A stretch of 64,000 nt of DNA from the NCBI GenBank assembly GCA_035281625.1, contig DATEDO010000024.1, positions 266 to 64,265 on the forward strand. Reading direction: 5' to 3'. This document shows, one piece after another, positions 46,582-54,786 of the stretch. The number at the start of each line of letters is the position of its first letter. Position 1 is the stretch's first letter. Position numbers and translations under genes: made by a program. Source of the DNA: Candidatus Methylomirabilota bacterium (lineage in GTDB: Bacteria > Methylomirabilota > Methylomirabilia > Rokubacteriales > CSP1-6). Under the pieces are notes generated by a model. The model ran no database searches. It saw nothing but the letters and a program-made list of their open reading frames with translations, and was not told the DNA's origin.

Positions 46582-47763
46582 TTAGCCGCGCCCCGGATGC
46601 GCCCGCACCGCGGCCTCGTTCACCTCGGTGCCCCAGCCGGCCCCGCGCGGGATGGTGAGATAGCCGTCCTTGACCTCCGGCGTGACCGTCACCAGGTCGT
46701 GGTACCAGGGCACGACGTCGGGGTCGATCTCCATGATGCGGAGGTTGGGCACCACCGCGCTCCAGTGGGCGTTCATCATGGTGGCGAGGTGGCCGTAGAA
46801 GTTGTGCGGCGCCACGTTCACCTCGTAGGCCTCGGCCATGGCGGCGATCTTGAGCCCCTCGGCCACGCCGTTCCAGGGCGTGTCGATGATGGCGACGTCC
46901 ACCGACTGCTGCTCGAGGAAGGGCCGGTACTCGCGGCGGCCGAACAGGCACTCGCAGGAGGCCACGGGGATCCGGGTGCGGCTTCGCACGTAGTGGAGCG
47001 CGCGGGCGTCGCGGGTGTCCATCTCCACCCAGAAGAGATCGAAGGGCTCCATGGCCCGCGCCATCGCGAGGAAGCCCTCCGTCTTGTAGTTGAAGTTGAG
47101 GTCCACCAGGATGTCCATGTCGGGCCCGGTGCCCTCGCGGAAGGCAGCCAGCTGCTCGCGGATGGCGCGCTGGATGTGGCGATCGGCGTTGAGCTCGGGG
47201 AAGCCTGCGCTGCGGGCGAAGCCGGGCACGTAGCCGGAGGACTGATCCCCGCCCAGCAGCAGCACATTGGTCTTGAGCGCGGTATAGCCCTTCGCCACCA
47301 CTTCCTTGCCCATCTTCACGATGTCGTCCAGCGTGCGGATGGGCGGGAGCTGCATGTCCTTCGCGCGATGGCCGACACGATAGGTCGCGCAGTGGGACCA
47401 GTAGAGGCGGATGCGCTCGCGCACGGGCCCGCCCAGCAGCTCGTACACGGGGATGCCGAGGGCGCGGGCCTTGGCATCCAGCAGGGCGTTCTCGATGGCG
47501 CCGATGGCCTGCTGCACCACGCCGCCGGTCGCCTGACGGCGTAGCGCGTACATGAGGGCGACCTGGGCCTCCCACGCCCGCGCGTCCTTGCCGATGAGGG
47601 ATGGCGTGAGGGCCTCGATCATCCCGGTGACGCCGCCGGGCCCGCCGAAGTTCTCGTTGTACTCGCTCCAGCCGACGACGCCCGAGTCGGTGGTGAGCTT
47701 GACGAAGTCGAAGTTGCGCCAGCCGCCGTCGGCGTGAAGCGTCTCGATCGCGGCGATCTTCAT
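46582..47763 (-). CDS. mandelate racemase/muconate lactonizing enzyme (enolase superfamily) protein, acid-sugar-dehydratase-like
   Basis: ATG 47763 (MKIAAIETLHADGGWRNFDFVKL). Capping and barrel pattern (IENALLDAKARALGIPVYELLGG, DILVDLN, FWVEMD). ATGA overlap with the upstream gene. Confidence 0.88.
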   Translation of the reverse strand: MKIAAIETLHADGGWRNFDFVKLTTDSGVVGWSEYNENFGGPGGVTGMIEALTPSLIGKDARAWEAQVALMYALRRQATGGVVQQAIGAIENALLDAKARALGIPVYELLGGPVRERIRLYWSHCATYRVGHRAKDMQLPPIRTLDDIVKMGKEVVAKGYTALKTNVLLLGGDQSSGYVPGFARSAGFPELNADRHIQRAIREQLAAFREGTGPDMDILVDLNFNYKTEGFLAMARAMEPFDLFWVEMDTRDARALHYVRSRTRIPVASCECLFGRREYRPFLEQQSVDVAIIDTPWNGVAEGLKIAAMAEAYEVNVAPHNFYGHLATMMNAHWSAVVPNLRIMEIDPDVVPWYHDLVTVTPEVKDGYLTIPRGAGWGTEVNEAAVRAHPGRG

Positions 47764-48800
47764 GCGCGCGGGACGCCCCCGGGGATCAGGCGATAGAGGG
47801 GCTCGAGATGCCCCGGATCCGGCTTCACGGTGGCGCCGTGGGAGCGGAACACCTCGACCACCGCGGCGTTGAGCGGGGCGGGGACGCCCAGGCGCTCGCC
47901 CTCGGCCGCCACGTAGCCGTTGAGATGCTCCACCTCGGTGCGCCGGCCGCGCATCACGTCCTGGAGCATGGACGGCCGCCCTCCGCGCCGGCTCGCCGCG
48001 TCGGCGGACACCGCGGCCTCGACCTCGGAGAGGCCCTTGCCCGCCGCCGCGTCGACGAAGCGCTGGGTCGCGAGGCCCCAGATGGGCTCCACCTCGAAGC
48101 CCGCCGCGCGCCCCACCGCGATCGCCTCGGCGCCGAGGAATACCGACAGCCGGCGCATCGCGGGATCGAGGCGCACCTCGGCGGTGCCGTAGCCGGACAG
48201 CGCCGACACCGGATTCACCATGCAGTTGAGGGCCAGCTTGGACCAGCGCTCGCCCCACAGATTGGCGGTCGCTTCCGCCGGCGCGATGGCGGACAGCATG
48301 TCCGCGAGCCGCTGGGCGCGCGGCGTGATGCGCCCGTCGTGCTCGCCGATCTTGAAGGCGGACTTGCCCGCGTCCGTGCGCATGGCGTGGCCGGGCTCGT
48401 ACATCCCCGCGCTGATGAGGATCACGCACCCGAGCGTGCGCTCGCGTCCCGCCACCGCGGCCACGCGGTGATCGTTGATGCCGTTCTGGAAGTCCACCAC
48501 CACGCCGTCGGGCTTGAGGTAGGCGACGCCCAGGGCGGTGGCCCACTCGGTGTCATACGATTTCACGGCGATGAAGACGGTATCGAACGTGTCGACCATG
48601 CCCTGGAGCTCGTGGATGTGGAGCGCGTGCACCGGAACGACATGGTCCCCGCACGTGCCGGAGAGGCGCAACCCTTGGGCGCGCATCGCCTCCACGTGCT
48701 CGGGCCACTGGTCCACCAGCGTCACGTCCTCGCCCGCCTTGGCGAGCAGCCCGCCCACCACGCATCCGATCGCGCCGGCCCCGATGATCCCGATCCGCAT
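47760..48800 (-). CDS. 2-dehydropantoate 2-reductase (ApbA/PanE) family oxidoreductase
   Basis: MRIGIIGAGAIGCVVGG. Paralog of 5077..6129. 346 aa. Confidence 0.88.
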   Translation of the reverse strand: MRIGIIGAGAIGCVVGGLLAKAGEDVTLVDQWPEHVEAMRAQGLRLSGTCGDHVVPVHALHIHELQGMVDTFDTVFIAVKSYDTEWATALGVAYLKPDGVVVDFQNGINDHRVAAVAGRERTLGCVILISAGMYEPGHAMRTDAGKSAFKIGEHDGRITPRAQRLADMLSAIAPAEATANLWGERWSKLALNCMVNPVSALSGYGTAEVRLDPAMRRLSVFLGAEAIAVGRAAGFEVEPIWGLATQRFVDAAAGKGLSEVEAAVSADAASRRGGRPSMLQDVMRGRRTEVEHLNGYVAAEGERLGVPAPLNAAVVEVFRSHGATVKPDPGHLEPLYRLIPGGVPRA

Positions 48801-48865
48801 GGAGTGTCTCCTTTCGCCGAGCCCGGCTAGGCTATCATGGCCGGGCCCACCGGGAGGGGGCTCCC

Positions 48866-49405
48866 ATGCTCAGCGCCGTCGACTTCGTCACGCTCGGGCT
48901 CACGCGTCTGCACGCGTCCCTCGACAAGTCCCTCAGCGACCTCACGCCGGAGCAGCTCCACGCCGTGCCCGCGGGACATCCCAAGGCCAACACCATCGCG
49001 TGGGGCCTCTGGCACTACGCGCGCACCGAGGACAACGTGGTGCGCTATCTCCTCCAGGACCGCCGGCCCACGGTGTGGGGGGAGGGCGGCTACGCCGAGA
49101 AGCTGGGCCTGCCCCCGGTGGCGCAGGGGACGGGCATGTCCGTCGCGGAGGCGCACGCGCTGCGCATCAGGGATTTGACCTTGTTCAAGGACTACGTCGC
49201 GAAGGTGTGGGCCAGCACCGACGAGTTCCTCGCGCGCTCCGACCGGGACGCGGTACTCGGCAAGACCATCATGGTGAAGCCGCTGGGGGAGATGCCCGGC
49301 ATCGTGGCGCTGGGCACGGTGTGCCTCACCCATGGCTTCACCCACTTCGGCGAGATCGAGCTGGCCCGCGCGCTGGTGGGCGCGCCGAGCGCCGGCGGGG
49401 TCTAG
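48866..49405 (+). CDS. DinB family protein
   Basis: Four-helix DinB-like pattern with His residues (WGLWHYARTED, THGFTHFGEIE). 179 aa. Confidence 0.75.
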   Translation: MLSAVDFVTLGLTRLHASLDKSLSDLTPEQLHAVPAGHPKANTIAWGLWHYARTEDNVVRYLLQDRRPTVWGEGGYAEKLGLPPVAQGTGMSVAEAHALRIRDLTLFKDYVAKVWASTDEFLARSDRDAVLGKTIMVKPLGEMPGIVALGTVCLTHGFTHFGEIELARALVGAPSAGGV

Positions 49406-49433
49406 CGCGGCGGTTCCGGCGTCGTCGGGCCGA

Positions 49434-50243
49434 TCAGGATCGCGAAAGCGCGTGCAGCGCCACCGCCCCCGCGGTGGCCACATTGAGCGAGTCCATGCCC
49501 GCCGCCATCGGGATGCGCACCCGGAGATCGGCGGCGGCAAGGGCGTCCTCGGTGAGCCCGCGTCCCTCGGTCCCGAGCATGAGCGCGACGCGCGCCCCTC
49601 GCGGCAGCTGGGCGCGCGCCGCGTCGATATCGGGCGCGTCGGGGTTCGGCGTCAGCGCGAGCAGGGTGTACCCCGCGTCGCGGAGACGCTTGAGCTCGCG
49701 CGGCCAGTCGGGCAGGCGCGCGAACGGCATCGCCAGCGCCGCCCCCGCCGACACGCGAATGGCCTTTCGATAGAGGGGATCGGCGGTGCCGGGGGCGAGG
49801 AGCACCGCGCCCGCGCCGAGGGCGAGGGCGTTCCGAAAGATCGCGCCCACATTGCTGGCATCGCCCAGATCCTCCAGCGCCACCACCGGGGCGCCGCGCG
49901 CCTCGGTCAGCACGGCCTCGGCGGAGGGCTCCACGCCGCGCTCGCCGACGGCGAGACAGCCGTGATGGAACTCGATGCCCACGATGGCCTTCACGATGTC
50001 CGGGGGCACGAGGAGGATGGGCACGCCGGCCGCCTCCAGCGGCGCCCGCAGCCCTGGAAGCGCCGGCGGGGTGAGGAGGGCAGACCGCGCCCGGTAGCGG
50101 CGGGCGGCGAGCAGGCGCTTCACCACCTCGCGGCCCTCCGCGATGAAGGTGCCGTCGCGCCGCCGGCGCTCCGCGTCGCGAATCTCGCGATAGTCCGCGA
50201 GGCGCGGATCGTCGGGATGCTCGATGCGCTCGATGCTCGCCAT
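49434..50243 (-). CDS. TrmH/SpoU family RNA 2'-O-methyltransferase
   Basis: Track ORF trimmed to ATG 50243. SpoU motifs NVGAIFRNA, LMLGTEGRGL and IPMAAGMDSLNVATAGAVALH. Confidence 0.85.
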   Translation of the reverse strand: MASIERIEHPDDPRLADYREIRDAERRRRDGTFIAEGREVVKRLLAARRYRARSALLTPPALPGLRAPLEAAGVPILLVPPDIVKAIVGIEFHHGCLAVGERGVEPSAEAVLTEARGAPVVALEDLGDASNVGAIFRNALALGAGAVLLAPGTADPLYRKAIRVSAGAALAMPFARLPDWPRELKRLRDAGYTLLALTPNPDAPDIDAARAQLPRGARVALMLGTEGRGLTEDALAAADLRVRIPMAAGMDSLNVATAGAVALHALSRS

Positions 50244-50287
50244 GACGCCTGGACAATGCCTCCGGAGGCTCCTAGTATGCACACCTG

Positions 50288-50509
50288 ATGACCGACGGCG
50301 AGGCCGCGAACGCCGAGGTGGAGGCCCTGTTCGCGCTGGTGACCGCGCGCTACGGCGCCCGCCTGGACGCGCAGCAGCGGGAGGGCGTGCGCAAGGCGAT
50401 CGAGGGCATCGTGGAGCAGGCGCGCGCGGTGCGCGCCGTGCGGCTCGGCAACGCCGACGAGCCCACGCCGGCCTTCCGCGCCTACCGCGCCGACGAGCCG
50501 GCCCGGTGA
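50288..50509 (+). CDS. small AtzG/GatC-like (DUF4089-like) protein, candidate amidase partner
   Basis: 73-aa ORF with coding-like composition. Its stop overlaps the amidase GTG start (GTGA at 50506-50509). The C-terminal ...NADEPTPAFRAY resembles the acidic Pro-rich tail I associate with AtzG-like proteins. Confidence 0.5.
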   Translation: MTDGEAANAEVEALFALVTARYGARLDAQQREGVRKAIEGIVEQARAVRAVRLGNADEPTPAFRAYRADEPAR

Positions 50510-51903
50510 TCGACCCCGTGTTCATGCCACTCCGCGAGCTCGCGGGACATGTGCGGGCGCGCCGAGTGTCGCCGGTGGACCTCGCGGAGACCTTCCTGGC
50601 GCGGCTCGAGAAGCTCGGCCCACGCTACAACGCGGTGGTCACCGTCACGCGGGAGCGCGCCCTCGCCGAGGCCCGCCGAGCGGAGGAGGAGATCGCGGCC
50701 GGGCGGTATCGCGGGCCGCTTCACGGGATTCCCTACGGGGCCAAGGACCTTCTCGCCACCGGCGGCGGCATTCCCACGAGCTGGGGCGCCGCGCCGTTTC
50801 GCGCGCAGCAATTCGCCGGGGATGCCACGGTCGTTCGCCGGCTGGAGGCGGCCGGCGCGGTACTCTGCGCGAAGCTCGCGATGATCGAGCTCGCGGGCGG
50901 CATGGGCTATCGACAGCCCAATGCATCGTTCACCGGACCCGTGACCACCCCGTGGAGCCGGGCGGCATGGTCCGGCGGCTCGTCCTCGGGCTCGGGCGCC
51001 GCGGTCTCAGCGGGTCTGGTCCCGTTCGCCATCGGCTCCGAGACCTGGGGCTCCATCCTGTCGCCGTCGAGCAACTGCGGCATCACCGGGCTGCGCCCGA
51101 CCTACGGGCGGGTGAGCCGCCACGGCGCGATGGCGCTCTGCTGGACGCTCGACAAGCTCGGCCCCATGGGGCTGACCGCGGACGACTGCGGCCTCGTGCT
51201 CGAGGTCATCGCGGGCGTGGACCCCGCCGATCCCACCACGAGCGCGCGCGCCTATCGCTACACGTCGGACGATGGCCCGCGCCGCTTTCGGTTCGGGGTG
51301 CTGGCGGGCGCCCTCGACGGTGTGAGCGAGGACATGCTCGCGGCCTACCGCCGGTCGCTGGACGTGCTGCGCGAGGTGGGCACGGTAGAGGACACGGCGC
51401 TGCCCGACCTGCCGTGGGAGGCCGCCATCCGCACCATCCTCCAGGCGGAAGCGGCGAGCGCGTTCGACGATTTCATCGAGAGCGGCGGAATCGCCGGGCT
51501 CACCGCGCCCGAGGATCACTTCCTGCCGTACTCGCGCGACGCCGTGCTTGCCAAGGACTACGTGAAGGCCACGCGGATCCGCGGCGTGATGGCCCGCGAG
51601 GCGGACCGGCTCTTCGAGCGCTTCGACGTGCTGGTCGCGCCCGGCCGGCTCACCGTGGCCAACCCGCTCGGGCAGGAGTTCCGCGGCGGCATGCGCGGCA
51701 CCGCGCGCGACATCATGGGCGCGGTGGGGAACGGCGCGGGACTGCCCGGCCTCATCGTGCCGAACGGCTTCGGCGAGCGCGGGCTGCCCACGAGCCTGCA
51801 GCTCATGAGCCGGGCGTGGGAGGAGAACACCGTGCTCGCGGCGGGACGCGCCATCCAGGCGCGCACCGACTGGCACACCAAGCACCCGCCGGTCGAGCCC
51901 TAA
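50506..51903 (+). CDS. amidase signature (AS) family amidase (GatA/AtzE-like)
   Basis: GGSSSGSGAAV signature and YGAKDLL (catalytic Lys context). 465 aa from GTG 50506 (ATG 50524 is the alternative). Confidence 0.9.
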   Translation: MIDPVFMPLRELAGHVRARRVSPVDLAETFLARLEKLGPRYNAVVTVTRERALAEARRAEEEIAAGRYRGPLHGIPYGAKDLLATGGGIPTSWGAAPFRAQQFAGDATVVRRLEAAGAVLCAKLAMIELAGGMGYRQPNASFTGPVTTPWSRAAWSGGSSSGSGAAVSAGLVPFAIGSETWGSILSPSSNCGITGLRPTYGRVSRHGAMALCWTLDKLGPMGLTADDCGLVLEVIAGVDPADPTTSARAYRYTSDDGPRRFRFGVLAGALDGVSEDMLAAYRRSLDVLREVGTVEDTALPDLPWEAAIRTILQAEAASAFDDFIESGGIAGLTAPEDHFLPYSRDAVLAKDYVKATRIRGVMAREADRLFERFDVLVAPGRLTVANPLGQEFRGGMRGTARDIMGAVGNGAGLPGLIVPNGFGERGLPTSLQLMSRAWEENTVLAAGRAIQARTDWHTKHPPVEP

Positions 51904-51925
51904 CGTCACTTCCAGAGGAGGCGCC

Positions 51926-52384
51926 ATGCTCGTCGTCGAGACACCGCAAGACCTGGCCAAGCACATCGGGGAGACGCTCGGCCCCTCGTCGTGGGTCACC
52001 GTGGATCAGGCCATGATCGACAAGTTCGCCGAGGCGACCGGCGACCACCAGTGGATCCACGTGGACGTGGAGCGGGCCAAGCGCGAGCTGCCCGGTGGCA
52101 AGACCATCGCCCACGGCTACCTCACGCTGTCGCTCCTCCCGCGGATGATGCCGGAGCTGCTGAAGGTGACCAAGCGGTCGCGGGGCGTGAACTACGGCTC
52201 CAACAAGGTGCGCTTCGTCACCCCGGTGCCCGCGGGGGGGCGCGTGCGGCTTCGCTCGACGCTGAAGGCGGTGGAGCCGGTGGAGGGCAACGGCGTCCGC
52301 CTCACGTTCGAGTCGGTGATCGAGGTCGAGGGGAAGGACCGCCCCGCGATGGTCGCGGAGACGCTCGGCATCCAGTACGCCTAG
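51926..52384 (+). CDS. MaoC-like (R)-specific enoyl-CoA hydratase / hot-dog fold dehydratase
   Basis: FAEATGDHQWIHVD motif typical of MaoC dehydratases. 152 aa. Confidence 0.88.
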   Translation: MLVVETPQDLAKHIGETLGPSSWVTVDQAMIDKFAEATGDHQWIHVDVERAKRELPGGKTIAHGYLTLSLLPRMMPELLKVTKRSRGVNYGSNKVRFVTPVPAGGRVRLRSTLKAVEPVEGNGVRLTFESVIEVEGKDRPAMVAETLGIQYA

Positions 52385-52887
52385 CGCGACGTGGTGTCGT
52401 TCATCCCCAGCGCGCGCTCGATCGCCACGACGTCGGTCGGCCGCGCGAAGGGCTCGGGAGCGGGATCGCCCGGCTGACGGGGGCGCCCGATGGCCTTGAA
52501 GAAGTTCTCGAGGCCGTGGGGCGCCACGATCCACATCATCACGAGGTCGTCCGTCCCCTCGTTGATGATCTCGTGCTTGACGTCCATGCCGAGGAAGCAG
52601 GCGGTCCCGGGCACGAGCGGGTGAGGCTGCCCATCCACGACCACGCGCCCCCGGCCGCGGAAGCAGATCTGCAGCTCCACCTGGTCACCGTGCGAGTGCT
52701 CGCGCACGCGCCCACCCGGCGCGATGGACTGATAGCCCATCGAGAGCCCCGCATAGCGCGTCTTTTCGGGGAAGAGCGCGGGGTCGGCGTGGCCGTTGGC
52801 GGGCACGGGCTGCCAGTAGGACGGGCCCTCGCCCGGCTGCACCACCACCGCGTGACCGCGATGGGGCTCGCGCGCCGGCGCGCTCAT
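52381..52887 (-). CDS. cupin domain protein
   Basis: Track ORF trimmed to ATG 52887 (ATGA overlap with the upstream stop). Cupin motifs GGRVREHSHGDQVELQI and GTACFLGMDVKHEIIN. Confidence 0.75.
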   Translation of the reverse strand: MSAPAREPHRGHAVVVQPGEGPSYWQPVPANGHADPALFPEKTRYAGLSMGYQSIAPGGRVREHSHGDQVELQICFRGRGRVVVDGQPHPLVPGTACFLGMDVKHEIINEGTDDLVMMWIVAPHGLENFFKAIGRPRQPGDPAPEPFARPTDVVAIERALGMNDTTSR

Positions 52888-53930
52888 TGCGCGTCTCCCA
52901 GCACGGCGCCCGCCGCGGCGAGCGCCTGCTCCACCTGCGCCGCGCTCACGTCGAGGTGCGTGACGGCGCGAATGGTGCGGGCGCTCATCGCGCCCATGCG
53001 GACGCCCAGGGCGAGCAGCCGCTCCACCACGGTGGGAGCGTCCAGCGCTCCGGTGAGGTCGAAGAACACGAGATTGGTTTCGACGCCGGCGGGGTCGAGC
53101 TTGACGCCGGGCAGCCGGGCCAGGCCCTCGGCCAGGCGCCGCGCATTGGCGTGATCCTCGGCCAGACGCTTGACGTGATGGCGCAGCGCGAAGAGGCCGC
53201 CCGCGGCGATGATGCCGGCCTGCCGCATGGCGCCCCCCATCTGCTGCTTGAGCCGCCAGGCCTCCGAGATGAAGGCGCGGGAGCCCGCGATGGCCGCGCC
53301 GACCGGCGCGCCCAGCCCCTTGGTGAAGTCGATCCACACGGAGTCGAAGGGCGCGGCGAACTCGCGCGCGGAGACGCCGCTCGCCACCACCGCGTTCATG
53401 AGCCGGGCGCCGTCCATGTGGGTGGCAAGCCCGTGGCGGCGGGCCACCGCGGTGACCGCCTCGATCTCGCGGAGCGGCCACACGCTGCCGCCGCCGAGGT
53501 TGGCGGTCTGCTCCACCCAGAGCAGCCGGCTGCGGGGGAAGTAGCGCACGTCCGGGCGTACCGCCTCCTCGGCGGCCGCCGACGAGAACTGGCCGCGGGG
53601 GCCGTCGATGGCGCGCACGTTGACGCCGGCGAGAGCGGCGGGCCCGCCCGACTCGTAATGGATCGGGTGCGCCGTGCGATGGGCGATCATCTCGTCACCC
53701 GGCCGGCAGTGCACCCGGATGGCGATCTCGTTGCACATGGTGCCCGAGGGCAGGAACAGCGCCGCCTCCTTGCCCAGGAGCTCGGCCACCGTGTCCTGGA
53801 GGAGGTTCACCGTCGGATCCTCGAACTTCTGCTCGTCCCCGACCTCGGCGTCGCACATGAAGCGGCGCATCTCGAGGGTGGGACGGGTCACGGTGTCGCT
53901 GAAGAGATCGACGACGATGCCGGTAGTCAT
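52884..53930 (-). CDS. low-specificity threonine aldolase family (PLP) enzyme
   Basis: ATG 53930 (VVDLFSDTVTRPT). GTMCNEIA. DFTKGLGAPVG (PLP lysine). 348 aa. Confidence 0.88.
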   Translation of the reverse strand: MTTGIVVDLFSDTVTRPTLEMRRFMCDAEVGDEQKFEDPTVNLLQDTVAELLGKEAALFLPSGTMCNEIAIRVHCRPGDEMIAHRTAHPIHYESGGPAALAGVNVRAIDGPRGQFSSAAAEEAVRPDVRYFPRSRLLWVEQTANLGGGSVWPLREIEAVTAVARRHGLATHMDGARLMNAVVASGVSAREFAAPFDSVWIDFTKGLGAPVGAAIAGSRAFISEAWRLKQQMGGAMRQAGIIAAGGLFALRHHVKRLAEDHANARRLAEGLARLPGVKLDPAGVETNLVFFDLTGALDAPTVVERLLALGVRMGAMSARTIRAVTHLDVSAAQVEQALAAAGAVLGDAQ

Positions 53931-53982
53931 GGACCGATAGGCCTCCTGCGGGAGATCATACGTCACGGTGTAGAGTGACGCC

Positions 53983-54786
53983 ATGCCCGCCCGCAGAGGT
54001 CCCGACCTCCCGCGCCGCGACCTGGCGGTGGCGGGGCTGGCCGCCGTCGGCCTTGTCGTCGCGGGGTATCTCAGCTGGCTCAAGTGGAGCGGCGCATCCG
54101 CGCTCTTCTGCACGCCTGGGACCGGCTGCGACATCGTGCAGGCGAGCCGCTACGCGATGCTGGTGGGTGTCCCGACGGCGCTGATGGGCGCGGCTCTCTA
54201 CTTCGTCATCGGCGCGCTGGCCCTGGCCGGGCTGGATCGCGCCCGCTGGCGCCTGGCCTTCATCCTCGCCGCCGCCGGCGTGGGATTTTCCGGCTACCTG
54301 ACCTATCTGTCCCTGGTCGAGCTGAAGGCGGCATGCATCTGGTGCCTGGCCTCTACGGTGATCATGGTGCTGTCGCTGGGCGCCCTGGCGCTCCGGCGGC
54401 CGGCCACCGCGCCCAAGGGCCGACGCCTCGCCGCGCTGGCCGCCGGCGCGGCGCTGCTTGCGATCGTCGGGGGGGCGTTCGTCTTCGCGGGCGGCCCGCC
54501 GCCGGCCACGCCCTATCAGGAGGCGCTGGCCAAGCATCTCGCGCGATCGGGCGCGGTGTTCTACGGGGCGTACTGGTGCCCCCACTGCCAGGAGCAGAAG
54601 GAGCTCTTCGGCTCCGCCGCCGCCCAGCTCCCCTACGTGGAGTGCGATCCCAAGGGGCGCCATCCGCAGACGTCGCGCTGCGAGGGGGCGGGCGTGCGCG
54701 TGTTCCCCACCTGGGTGTTCGGAGCCGAGCGGCGGGAAGGCGTGCAGCGTCTCGAGGATCTCGCCAAGGCCTCCGGCTTCAAGTAG
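53983..54786 (+). CDS. vitamin K epoxide reductase (VKOR) family protein fused to a thioredoxin-like domain
   Basis: Loop cysteine pair FCTPGTGC, membrane CIWC redox motif, extra TM helix, then a Trx-like domain with WCPHC. Confidence 0.85.
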   Translation: MPARRGPDLPRRDLAVAGLAAVGLVVAGYLSWLKWSGASALFCTPGTGCDIVQASRYAMLVGVPTALMGAALYFVIGALALAGLDRARWRLAFILAAAGVGFSGYLTYLSLVELKAACIWCLASTVIMVLSLGALALRRPATAPKGRRLAALAAGAALLAIVGGAFVFAGGPPPATPYQEALAKHLARSGAVFYGAYWCPHCQEQKELFGSAAAQLPYVECDPKGRHPQTSRCEGAGVRVFPTWVFGAERREGVQRLEDLAKASGFK

